Positions 37,091-49,775 of a DNA stretch of 64,000 bases are shown here, in pieces. How positions within the stretch are numbered: position 1 is the first letter of the stretch; each line of letters starts with the position of its first letter. Below the pieces are notes generated by a model that was not told the DNA's origin, did not search any database, and saw nothing but the letters and a program-made list of their open reading frames with translations. The stretch lies in contig NW_026854357.1 of NCBI RefSeq assembly GCF_026571515.1, positions 1-64,000 on the forward strand, in the 5' to 3' direction. The translations under genes and the position numbers were made by a program. This stretch comes from Ruditapes philippinarum. Lineage: Eukaryota.

Positions 37091-37476
37091 TCCATATCAT
37101 ATCAATAATGAATTAATCTTATTGTGTCTGCACTCAATGATATCGTCAATAACATACATCAATTCAGAATTCCAAAAGAGATTATATAAGATTAATGTAA
37201 TTGAACACCAACAATCTAAATTTGTCGAAATTTTAATGAGGTAACATTACATCTATTCCGTCAGTGAACATAATGACACGAAGTAAAAAACATAATGTTA
37301 CGAAAATGATGGGTTTTTTTAAAGTTTTCTATATACACCTATTAACTGAGAAGCAACGCATGCAATTCAAATAGAAAAATCACTAAATTAAATACAAAAT
37401 TCATTGCCTTTACACTCATTTCTGTTTCATTATTGTGCCTCACATTAATCATGCGTACTATACTATCTTATTTCGT

Positions 37477-39090
37477 TGGAAATAAATATAAACCATTAGT
37501 CTATGAAGGCTGGACATGGAGGGGGACACCGACACTGAACGCCGAACAATCCCTTGAGGATGAAAATATAAAAACATTGATTGCATGTACGGGGAGACTT
37601 TTTACAGCCGCCACACGGCACAAACAACACGGTTGTGAACATAAAATATGATAAACAAGATCAACAAGGAAAGGCGGCGTTCAGTGAACGCAACCCCCAT
37701 ATGATCCAGCAACAAGAACCAGTGGCAAGAAGCCCAAAGAAAATTTGGGTATGAAAATATAATAAAGTGGAAATAAATATAAACCATTAGTCTATGAAGG
37801 CTGGACATGGAGGGGGACACCGACACTGAACGCCGAACAATCCCTTGAGGATGAAAATATAACAACATTGATTGCATGTATGGGGAGACTTTTTACAGCC
37901 GCCACACGGCACAAACAACACGGTTGTGAGCATAAAATATGATAAACAAGATCAACAAGGAAAGGCGGCGTTCAGTGAACGCAACCCCCATATGATCCAG
38001 CAACAAGAAACCAGTGGCAAGAAGCCCAAAGAAAATTTTGGGTATGAAAATATAATAAAGTGGAAATAAATATAAACCATTAGTCTATGAAGGCTGGACA
38101 TGGAGGGGGACACCGACACTGAACGCCGAACATTCCCTTGAGGATGAAAATATAACAACATTGATTGCATGTACGGGGATACTTTTTACAGCCGCCACAC
38201 GGCACAAACAACACGGTTGTGAGCATAAAATATGATAAACAAGATCAACAAGGAAAGGCGGCGTTCAGTGAACGCAACCCCCATATGATCCAGCAACAAG
38301 AACCAGTGGCAAGAAGCCCAAAGAAAATTTGGGTATGAAAATATAATAAAGTGGAAATAAATATAAACCATTAGTCTATGAAGGCTGGACATGGAGGGGG
38401 AAACCGACACTGAATGCCGAACAATCCCTTGAGGATGAAAATATAACAACATTGATTGCATGTACGGGGAGACTTTTTAAAGCCGCCACACGGCACAAAC
38501 AACACGGTTGTGAGCACAAAATATGATAAACAAGATCAACAAGGAAAGGCGGCGTTCAGTGAACGCAACCCTCATATGATCCAGCAACAAGAACCAGTGG
38601 CAAAAAGCCCAAAGAAAATTTGGGTATGAAAATATAATAAAGTGGAAATAAATATAAACCATTAGTCTATGAAGGCTGGATATGGAGGGGGACACCGACA
38701 CTGAACGCCGAACATTCCCTTGAGGATGAAAATATAACAACATTGATTGCATGTACGGGGATACTTTTTACAGCCGCCACACGGCACAAACAACACGGTT
38801 GTGAGCATAAAATATGATAAACAAGATCAACAAGGAAAGGCGGCGTTCAGTGAACGCAACCCCCATATGATCCAGCAACAAGAACCAGTGGCAAGAAGCC
38901 CAAAGAAAATTTAGGTATGAAAATAATAATTAAGTGGAAATAAATATAAACCATTAGTCTATGAAGGCTTGACATGGAGGGGGACACCGACACTGAACAC
39001 CGAACAATCCCTTGAGGATGAAAATATAACAACATTGATTGCATGTACGGGGAGACTTTTTACAGCCGCCACACGGCACAAACAATACGG
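37477..39090 (+). repeat. Young 291-293-bp tandem repeat, ~5.5 near-identical copies
   Basis: TGGAAATAAATATAAACCATTAGTCTATGAAGGC recurs about every 292 bp from 37477 to 38935. The ORF track shows repeated near-identical peptides. Confidence 0.97.
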
Positions 39091-39099
39091 CCAAACTGC

Positions 39100-41500
39100 G
39101 ATATTGTTTGTTGAACGCCAGTCTTTCATGTAAATCCATAAGTTTATTTTAATAAGACAGCGAGCTATATAAAAACAGTATTAAGTACCATATGTTTACA
39201 ACCATTCTGATATTACCCTTCCAGATAATGAGCTAAAATTGAAAACAATAGGTAAAAAAATGTCTTTTCAATTTCAAAATTATTCTAAATAGAAACGCTT
39301 GTTCTTTTCATTTGATTTATATATTACTTAATTTCTTCTTAATAAAACAGTAACGGAAGTTTCGATGCTTCAATAACAGAAATGATTAATACATAACTCA
39401 GATAAAAACAATACCCCATTAAGATCAAAATTGGTGTGATATATATGTTCTTTATCTATACAGTACACGATTAAAAGCATCATTAGGCGAATTTTTACAT
39501 TAAACAGAATGAAAACATATCTCATTAAGATAACATAAGATAACAGTAACACGAACTCTGAAAATTGTTACATTATATTGAAAATACTTAGCCTTTATTA
39601 CTTTCAGAAAAAGGCCTCCGACAGTTTGACATTAAAGGTTGGCTGCTATTATTATAAATAAAAAAGCAAGATTTCATCTTTGTTACGGAATATAATGATA
39701 CATTTTAAGTTGAAACAGATTAAATTTAATGAATTTTTCTGAATCTAACAAGTGCTTGTGTCATATGACATCTGAAATATGGTCATGACTTCAACAGAGC
39801 TCGAAACCATGATTCTGCACCGGAAGGCAGACTCAATATATTTGAACATCGTTTACTAAAAAACTAACTACTTTAATCTCCTGTCAAATCAAATCGATTT
39901 TTTTTGTAAATGACATTTTTATAATAAACCTTCTGAATAAGTTCTAACAGCTTTAAAGTATAATACTATGTACTAACCAATATTTGCACCTTTTATATCC
40001 GCTTGTTTGATTGGTTGGGCTTAACAAAGACACTGTCAAATTTCTAGACATACCGCGGCGAACGTCATAAATCGACCTTAAATGAGTTGGTACAAGTGAT
40101 TTAGTTAAATCTTAGAATACAAGCTTACTTCTTTTAGATTATTGTTCAGGGTTTTGCATGGAACTAAAATATAATAAACAAAATCAACAAGTAAAGGCGG
40201 CGTTCAATGAACGCAACCCGCAAGGGACCCAGCAATACGAACCAGTGGCAAGGAGCGCAGACGGACCCCAAACAAACAAGGACAGGGCACAAGGCAGAGC
40301 ACGGACAGACTAATCACTAAAATGATAAATAATTTGAAAACATAGATCATGTAAGTGATAATCAAATAGGAAACAAGTCAAAAATAAGTTTGAATAATAG
40401 GAAAATATATGGTTGTCACCCATGCAATAATGAATTTCAAAGAATTAAAAACAAATAGTTAACTTTAAGCCTAAAGAGAGTTTCTCTACGTGAATCGTCT
40501 CGATGAAATCAAACACAAATATTTGGAAAATATTTAAGAACGTTATGTTTGACAGTAAAATTTTCATTGCAAGTTTTATTTTTACATTTTACAAAATGGC
40601 GCGGCAAATCATTGCTTGTACCCAAGTGTTAGAATTAAAGATATTAGACAAAAACATTTCTTACAAGAATTGTTATAAAAAACTGAAAAAAAAAAACGCT
40701 TTTTGGATAACCTAACGTTATAAAACCATACAAAAACCATCGCTACAGGTCCAAGGCAGGTTAATAGTTGATTAAGCCTGTAGGTTACTTGGTTACTCTT
40801 GATATGCACCAAATTCTCAAGGCATCTGATATATCGTGGTTATAACAAACTGTCTCTTGTATTACTTATGACGCCTACAAGTTTTTTAAGCACAGAGCAT
40901 AATTTTAAAAATTTTCTTACATCAAAAATACAAGTTCGGGGTTGATGATCTCAGATAAGTTTGTCCCAGTATGATTTCCATTTAGATGAAACAGGTTTAT
41001 TTATTGAGGGTTTAAAATCACTACATGTACAAGTATTTTGGTAAAATAAATCTACTGGTTGAATATGTATGGATTCTTTAGCCGAAGCATCTCCTTTTTT
41101 ACTTTTTAAGTACTTCATATGATAGTAACCACAAGCATTATGAACCCCAGGTTTGACAATTTGCTGCCTTCAGCTCTACACAATAAGAGGGGCACAGCAA
41201 TTTCCCCTATAAACTATGCCATCTTTAAACAAGATAAGTCGGTAGACTATTCATATTTCTATTTTAGTTATTGTGGCCATATAAATCAACGGTCAATCCA
41301 CACGTCTAAGGGGGCAATGAGAATGCGCTTAAAATAGACAATTACATTGTTCTTCCTGTACTTCAATGAAGGAATTAGTGAGGTTAAACGTGTAAAAATA
41401 TGTAACAAACGATTTATATGCAACGTGCAGCGTGACCAGATCATTACTTAAAACGGCTAACTGAACAACTATTTTGATTAGACTGGGAAAAATACTTTAC
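39100..41500 (-). pseudogene. Toll-like-receptor-like pseudogene fragment
   Basis: Last-LRR-like SNILSLPSGAESWF at ~39800-39845. Hydrophobic VLLLSYVILMRYVFILF followed by box1-like NFDLNGVLFLS (ORF 39370-39552). Weak support. Confidence 0.3.
40163..40300 (+). repeat. Dispersed monomer related to the 292-bp satellite
   Basis: AAAGGCGGCGTTCAATGAACGCAACCC...CCAGCAA..GAACCAGTGGCAAG. Confidence 0.8.
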
Positions 41501-44500
41501 ACATTGTGCTGAAAACAAATAAAAGATATCGGTCTTCAAGTATTTACAAAAAAGTGAATAATCCATACTGCCCTAGAACACAGTTATCAGCTAAAATGTG
41601 GCGTAACAAAGAAGGATTTAATCTTAATTTCGCATAACACTGGGATGTGGGAAATATTTTTGGAAGTAATCATAAGTACCAGTGGCTTGTCAAATGATGA
41701 TATTACGGTGTGGAATAACATATCTAAAGGTGCTTCTGATATTCGGTTTTCTAGTGAATGTTAAGATTTATTTAAATACGAGTAAAATGACAGAAACCGG
41801 TTATTATTCAGAATTAACATTATGAAGTCACAAAGCACAGTGCGCAGAACAAGAATGGTAATATGCAGTTAATTAAAATTAGTGCAATTTTGTCAATGAT
41901 TCCGATGAACATGATGGCATCAATCAGACCGTTAGCTTCAACATTTTCATATATTTGTTGTTATTGGGCTTTCTTAGGATTCTGGCTGTTACTCTATTTT
42001 ATTGTCCACATCCGGTTATTTGCTGCCGTGTGGCGGTGGATTACTCTGTAAAACTTTGGAACTCCCCGATAACGATTTTATCAATGATTTATATTTTCGA
42101 TCCCAATTGTTTTCAAAGAATCGTTTCTTGACAACATATTTACTATGCTTGTGTTAACATTGTTGGAGCTGTATTAGGGTTACTGGTCCTCCCTAGTTCA
42201 TATACTATATGCTTTGGCCATTTTTCAACTTTAGGTGGTTTCCAGTATTCCTACTTGAATACTGTTATAATCACCTTAGGATATGTTGCCTGCTTTTTTA
42301 AATTTGTCTTTTGACGTCTTATCTGTGATATGCAGGCTTCATAACCTCTGATCCCCTTTCAAAATTCCATTTTATTTAGTTCCGCCCATTGTTTTCTCGT
42401 TTAGAGCAAAAGCATTCTTTTACTTGGGGACCATACGCCGCTTTCATGGGAATGGCACTACTGTGTCATCATTGAAGTGGTTCCATGACAACCGCCGTAT
42501 GAACATTATCTGCGGATGTCTCTCGTAATTCAAAATTTCACCATTTCGTGTTAAATGTTGAATTCTGCTTAAGCCGGTGCTAGAGGGCGTGGACGGTAAC
42601 TTGCACTTACCAGCATACCGTCCATGAACATCGCTCAATCAAACCGAGCCTGCAACATTTTTCCAATTTTGTTGTGTTGGGCTTTCTTTAGGGATTCTGC
42701 TTTACTCTATTTTGTAAATTGACGTTATATGCCTTTACCAAAAATAGTGTTTATTGCATAGTATTTAATACCGTCTCTGCAAGCGAACATGTATTCGCAA
42801 TTTGGACAAAATGTTTAATACTAGAAGGAGATTATCCAGGAATATATATTGTCAATTTGAGCAATGCGTTTATTTCATGCAGAATAAATAAAAAAAGTTC
42901 AAGTAGGCCTTTCGCTTAAAGTTGGACAATTATTCGTTGCTGTTCATTACTCAACCGTATACAACCAGCCATACATGGAAATGTTAATCAAAACAAATAA
43001 AGAATTTGTCAGGAATAACCTTGAAATACTGTCAATCGGGGCCTCCATATGACACAAATTATGTGACCTATTCGCCTCTATGTAGCCAGACCCGGAAAAT
43101 AGGTTGATCTGCGCTTCATATACATGCATTGCTTTATATATGTGCATAGGCAAAAGTTTTAGGTAGCATATCAGTGTGACAATGAATTCCGGTAACATCG
43201 ACCTCCCCTGGGTACATACGAAAAATTTTAACCAAGCGCGTCCTCCCGACAGACAGATGTAGTAGTTCTTTGATTTTTGGTGAATTTTTTTCTGAGGTAG
43301 ATTTTGTTATCACCGGGATACAAATATGGAAAAATTTGCTTCCGCAATCTTACTACATTTACTAAACGTAATAATGTGGTGTTACAATTTATTTTCTACC
43401 ACCAGCTTTATGTTTTACTTTATATATAGAGTGTACCCGATCTATGATAACTACAATTATGGTATGGGTAGACTTTGAATATGTCATAAATTTTTTACGT
43501 TAAGAGAACTTAAGACAATAAACTGAAAAAAATATTGAATAAAAAGCATATTATTTCTTATTATCATGATAGTTCTCTCCCGTCGGACTATGTATATAGG
43601 ATGCCACCATCCATAGCTCTATGTTAAATAAGTTGGTCAAGCGTGTGCGCTTCATTTTCTAACGGGTAATGATATCCCGTGAAAACGACATGTTTTTGAG
43701 GATTGGGAATCTACACGGAATAAAATATGCTATTATCACAATGAGAAAAGAAAAATTGGTATATAGGAGGTTCACCCCGAGATGGGTCTAGTCAGCCGGT
43801 TAAACCTGGGTCCAATTTAAATCTATAATGGTGTTCGGTTGATCCATGTCCTATAGGGGCTCGGTCCTTAGCTAACGGTCCGTGTGCAGTCTTTTTCCTA
43901 AATCCAGTGTCCGGGTATGCCGGATACCGGCCTTGAAGACTAATAATTTGTAATTCAAACAGTCATCAAACTGGGTGTCTATTGAAAAGGTGATGGGCAA
44001 ACGCATTCCGAGGGCGAGAGAAGCTGCAATTTCAGGATGTTCGGTTTATGGCAAACGGAAATCCAATAAACTAGCTCTATCTTGTGATTATATTTTAACA
44101 GACATCAGTGTAATATCAGGTAATTGCTGCTAGGTCTCTTATAGTATTACTATTTTTATTCCTTTGTCTCAGTTAAGTTGCTTAGTTCTATGAATACCTG
44201 AAAACAACCTATACTTGTCTTGCAATTCCAGTACACTTCACACAATGACGTCTGGAAGCACAAATTAGGTAGCGAGGTGAGGAGTTTGCAATTATGCACG
44301 GTAAGAAACATAACTCCATTTTTGAAAGTAACAGGTTAAAAAACGTTTTTTTGTGGTATTTCTCCTTTGATTGATATATTCTTCTTGGCCTTGTCTATCG
44401 CTGTGAGCAAATAGAGCATTTGTTATATTAATCTTATACCTAGTTGGTAATTACAAAAACGAACTTCATACAAAGTCGTCCAAAGTCAACAAATTAAAAG

Positions 44501-46441
44501 AGGTTAAGTGCTTGCAGTGCAATCATGCCCCAAGAACCAAATAAGCTCATCGTCTACAGAAGTTTTTATTTTAAATAGAAAGTTATCCTGCCCATTTGTT
44601 ACTTTTCGTATACTGCTTATTTTTCTTTTTTCAGAGCGAACATAAGGCTTTGAAAACAACTTGTTGAATCAATACAACTTCATACAAATGTCAATACTTT
44701 TAGCCGAAAGTGCAGATGCACGGATAACTACCCACCTCACTCCAATTGTTGCTACTGAATTACAGTCAGTCTTATTGCGCCTCTTGATATTGGTTCTTAT
44801 CTCTGATCTGCCAGTGCAAAACTCGAGAAAACTTATATGTTTGACCTCCAGATAGCAACGTCTTTTCAGTACACCTTCCGGAAAGGAGCCAAAGTGCGAC
44901 CAATTAATGAGAAAGTTGCGCAGATCACAACAAAGGGAGCCAAATTATATCTTCTATCCACCCAAGATTACTTCATAAAAGCCGAAATAGTCAACAATAA
45001 TATAGTATAAATATTAAGAAGTTGATCCCTGCCCTTGTGGTATACTTTCCCTTGTTGCAGTGGAGCTAACACGAAAGGCTTCGCGGCTTGGTAATATAGT
45101 CAATTATATACATATTTTTCCCATGCCAGCCAAAGATGCCAGTCCCAATATGTATTAGTTGCAAGCATTCAATTTTGCTCCACTATGCGCCCCTGATAAT
45201 TAAGAACAAAACCACGTTCTGGAAATATTTTTAAATAAGATTAGGGCATTAATCCCAGCATTCACGGATCGCTAGTAATCATTTAGATACAACCAGTAAC
45301 CGTTCCTCTTGATACCTCAATTTCATAAGTGTTTTATATTTCCACTGTGTCGTTACTTTTTTTTATTGTACTAACACAGGCATGACTTAAGAAATTATAT
45401 TGTTGAATATCCGTCGGGTTAATAATTACCTAAAAGTGAAACGTTCATACAGATGGTGTTCTAAAACGCGCCAGTTGACCCATAAAATGACACAGTATCA
45501 GTTTTACACTGTGCTGTAATGTAAGAGTGCGTTCACAGGAGTAATTCGATACACTATTCTCTTTGATTTCTTAACGTTTATTACATAGTTAATTGCCATC
45601 TTGTGCTACCGTTATAATTGTTCTCAGTGCAATTTAACTTGATAGGAACTCCAGTTCTATGTGTAGAATTAAGGATTACGATTACTTACGATATTTGTAC
45701 CAATGTTATCATAACCGCACCCCAATAGAGGACGTGGCACGTGCTCAAGAAGCTGTATATTACTCTTATTCTGGATACTTTATATTACTTAGCAGTAATT
45801 TAGGAATTAAAAGTTTACTATCAATGGTCAACCACGAGGGTCGGGAAAGGGTGGAAATGCCAACATACAATACCAAAACTATTCTGTAATAGGTATGCCA
45901 CAACCATAATTCCGCTACTTCTGGTGAATTCTTTTACAAGGTTATTCTATTGCTAGTAACTTCCATATTGTATCCGCGAAGACTAAGCTCGTTATGGGTA
46001 CAGTATGGGCTAGTTTTATAAAATCACATTCTAGCTGCATCTAACCGTTCTCTAGTTATTTTTTGATTCAAAAGATTAAAACCATTTTCCTGGAAGTTTT
46101 ATTTTAATCAGTATTTTCTCATCAAAAGTCTGAATATTCACTTTCATTTGATATAGGTAAAAATAATCGAGATCTTTTTTATGCAACAACAGAGAAATAA
46201 AGAGTTGATCAGGTATTACGCAAAATTAAATACTGACCCAAACATAATGTATTTGTTATTTATGGAAATTATGGGTGCTGTACTTTATATCTTGCAACAA
46301 ACATAAAAAATACCATAACTCGTCTCTTTTATTTAGTTTAAAATATCAAACAATTTTCAAAGTAAGTCTATTGTCAAAATTTTCAAAAGGTATAAGTTAG
46401 TGATAATTTTTTCTGGACTACAAATTAGATGAAAGGAGTAG

Positions 46442-46880
46442 TGGACGTCCTTAGGCATTCGCCGAGCGGCATTTACCTGGTCATCCGTTGACATCGTATA
46501 ACGAGACTTGCCCCTCACCGGACTTAACTTGTGGTCGAATCCGATGACTTTTAGTGATTATTTCTGGCAACGATGCTATGCGCGAGCTAGCTTACGGTAA
46601 CTCGTCCGGTGTGCTTCTACTCAGGAACCCTGCTCGCCCGCTGCTCGTGACTGTCTGATTAATTTCAATGCTCATATTGTCGTCGGTAGTATCCCATTTT
46701 TTCTCCTAAGGGCAATTATCAATTTTCCATTTCATTTTAGATCATTCTGTGTCTTTCCTCACTCCCTAACAAGCGACTACAGTAATATATGAGAAAAGTC
46801 GCCATATATGTTTATTAATGCTTGCATTAACACTTAGCATCGAATACGGATAGACTGGTGTTTAAATTCACCAAAAAATT
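46442..46880 (+). mobile_element. SINE family 1 copy stretched by many small insertions
   Basis: Anchors CTTGCCCCTCACCG, TCGAATCCGA, CTAGCTTACGG, TTCTACTCAGG and AAGTCGCCATAT occur in order but span ~430 bp instead of ~260. Confidence 0.65.
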
Positions 46881-48999
46881 ACAGCAAATCAGTTCTTAAT
46901 ATGTTTAGCTAACAACATGGGTTTGAACCTAGGTATTTTACTCATGTGTTACAAACACGTAAAAAAACACAATGCAACGCTCAAAAAAAACCCCCGAAAC
47001 CAGCATCGTTCAATATAGACTTGAACGAATGCTTATAGTATTTAATTACATCTAAAGCTAGCATTACCAAGAATGATTAATAAAATTATACTAAATTACT
47101 ATCAAACTCGACCGTTTGGATTCATCATGATAGTTAATCTTTTAGGAAAATCAACCCCGGGTTAATTAGCTCTTTTTGTTACCCGAGTTAATAGAATCGG
47201 GTTTATATTAATTTTCGATTAAAATCAGTACCCTTTTGGTATCTTTTTCGGTGGTTTACACATAAGCTTGTGTATGTATCGATAATCCATTATTTTGTTG
47301 TGGTCATCAAAGGGCGAATCGCACTGGATCGGTGGCGATTAATCAAAATGGCACTTATTATTACTTCTATTCTTAGTCGCTTTGCCGCTTAAATAAAAGC
47401 TTTTAGATTTACTCAGAAAAAGTATATTGCTATCATATGGAAATTGATGAGACTCAAATTTAAGTGCCTTCGGCAAAAAGTTCTTATAAATGAAGAAATT
47501 AATTTCATCAGCATTCCTCCTTATGAGAACAACGGATGACCTTGAACAGATCAATGACATGCTCAATTGACCTAATTATCAGTTTCAATGTTTTAATATT
47601 GTTATCCATGTCTCTGATTATAACCCGATGTTAATGACTCTTATTATACTGAGCCATATTATTTTGGGAATCAGAACTCTCTGAGGGTATACTTTATTTT
47701 AGACTTTGCGTTTCCATCAGAACATTAAAGGAGTATACTTAAATGTATACTATCAAAATAAAATTTCACGAATAAAACCACAAGAAGATGACATAAATCT
47801 TAATTTAATGTGTGCTGAACATGTTTATGTAATAATAAAGTATATATGATGGATAATCTTTAAATGGAAGTAATGTCATCAGTTTATGTCAGGTTTAATT
47901 ATACGGTATTTAACCATTGCATATACCATCTGAATAATCTACGGTGAATAGTAGTACATTCCTATTATATTTTCCAATATGTGTCAAGCCAATTTGATTT
48001 ATTTCCTATAAGTAATCGTTGACAGCAATAGACCTATGCGCGAATCAAAACGTTTGAGTGAAACAATGAAATAGGTTTGCAAACACGATTATTTCACTAA
48101 TGCATGACTTTCATGACTTGATGGCAAATGACCAAAGAACAAATAAAAAGCTTGTGAATGAAAAATAAATTCATGCGATTATCAATTTTCATTGTCTGGT
48201 CAGTTTTTCATAAATTAATGTTTTCTTGATCAAATTAATGAAGAACACTGTTATTTATGACAAAGTTTTATTGAAATGACTCGTCGACTACAAGCATTAT
48301 AATATTGCAACACTGTTTCATATTTAAAATCATGTTCTATTTCGTCATTGATATCAAACGCTCTATACTTATTTGTTGATAAATAGTGTGTAACGTATGT
48401 TGTTTAAATATCATTTCATGATATATATTTGTAACAGAAGAGATACGCCTCATTTGATTGATCAATTGGACGAATAATAATAACTTTAATGAACAAGTAA
48501 AGTTGAACTATAGTTTAATGTTAAATTATTAAAGAAATAGATTTCCGATAGTAGTTGTTGATTGATGGTATTTTACAATAACAGTTTAATAAGGAAAGTA
48601 TCCATCTTGAATAATTGAGATTATGCGTGAGTGCCCATATGGACATATACCTTCTCACATTGGGATATATCAATATCTGCAAAGCCGCAATTACCCAATT
48701 GCAAAGCAATAGGTCCATTTGTGAGAGGCCAAAGAGAAATAAAGTCTGTGTACAGAAATCCGATATAGGTGAGGTTTTCATGTGTCTGAAGTGTGCAATA
48801 TGTGCGATTGAAAGATTAATTTTACCACAATTACATATGATGAACAACGGCCCAGAGTAAGATACGAGTTTTTACATTTGAATACGCTACCTTTAGATTT
48901 AGCACGATACGATACATTTTATTACAGCTGCCAATCTATCCATAAACAAATAAATTACGTGCGCACAAAGGTGACTATGTGTGGGTGCGTTTTATCCTC

Positions 49000-49455
49000 C
49001 TAATCTGTCGTATGGCCATCATAGATACATTCCAATATTCGCTGCCCACGGAGTTCCTAATCTATGGAGTCGTGGGCTCTTATCTAGACTAAGTCTATTA
49101 GTCTCTGGCCAGCGAGGGAATGACTGATGCTTGGCGGCCACGATATGGTACTAAGTCCGTTATTGACCAACATGGCCACTGAGATACGCTAAGGTGGATG
49201 TGCCCACGACGGTATACTTTTCGTGGCCAGAAGTTACTAAGTCGTGGTCACGAGATAGCTAAGTCGTGGACCGGACCCGATGTCATGATACTATGTCGTT
49301 TGCCAACGAGTTAATCTGATATCGTAAGGCCACGAGAACGTAGAAATATCACACAGCTAGGCCACGAACACTACTCATGTCGTGGCAAATACGACTGTGG
49401 GTACTAAGTCTCTATAGATAACTCAGGCGAACTAACTCTAAGTCCCGTGGCCCTA
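49000..49455 (+). repeat. Garbled ~21-bp minisatellite (GTGGCCACGAGATACTAAGTC-like)
   Basis: Recurrent GGCCACGA and CTAAGTCGTGG fragments at irregular spacing. Confidence 0.75.
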
Positions 49456-49667
49456 TACGTACAACAATCCATATAACGGATACCTTATAACCAATCAGAA
49501 TACACTATATATATTATGAATTTTTTAAACTTTACAACATTTATAATTACTTTTACATGCAACATTAATCTTTGAAAATACTAAAGATATATAATACATC
49601 ACGTATTCTCGTCAGCACACTGTGCTGAATATTGTATATTTATACAAATTGATATACTGGTAGAATG

Positions 49668-49775
49668 CTCTGTCCTATTTTTGCTTGAGCTCCTTGCCGC
49701 TGGTTCTTGTTGCTGGGTCGTTTGGGGGTTGCGTTCTTTGAACGCCGCCTTTGATCTCTTTTATCGTATTTTAGA
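49668..49775 (-). repeat. Dispersed monomer related to the 292-bp satellite (inverted)
   Basis: CCTTGCCGCTGGTTCTTGTTGCTGG...GGTTGCGTTC.TTGAACGCCGCCTTT. Confidence 0.8.

Noticed and set aside
37433-39139. Family of small hydrophobic proteins (MQSMLLYF...)
   Set aside because: Translations of the 292-bp satellite. Frameshifts differ between units.
45659-45889. LINE endonuclease-like RGSGKGG motif
   Set aside because: A single weak motif inside the garbled segment, with no supporting APE motifs.
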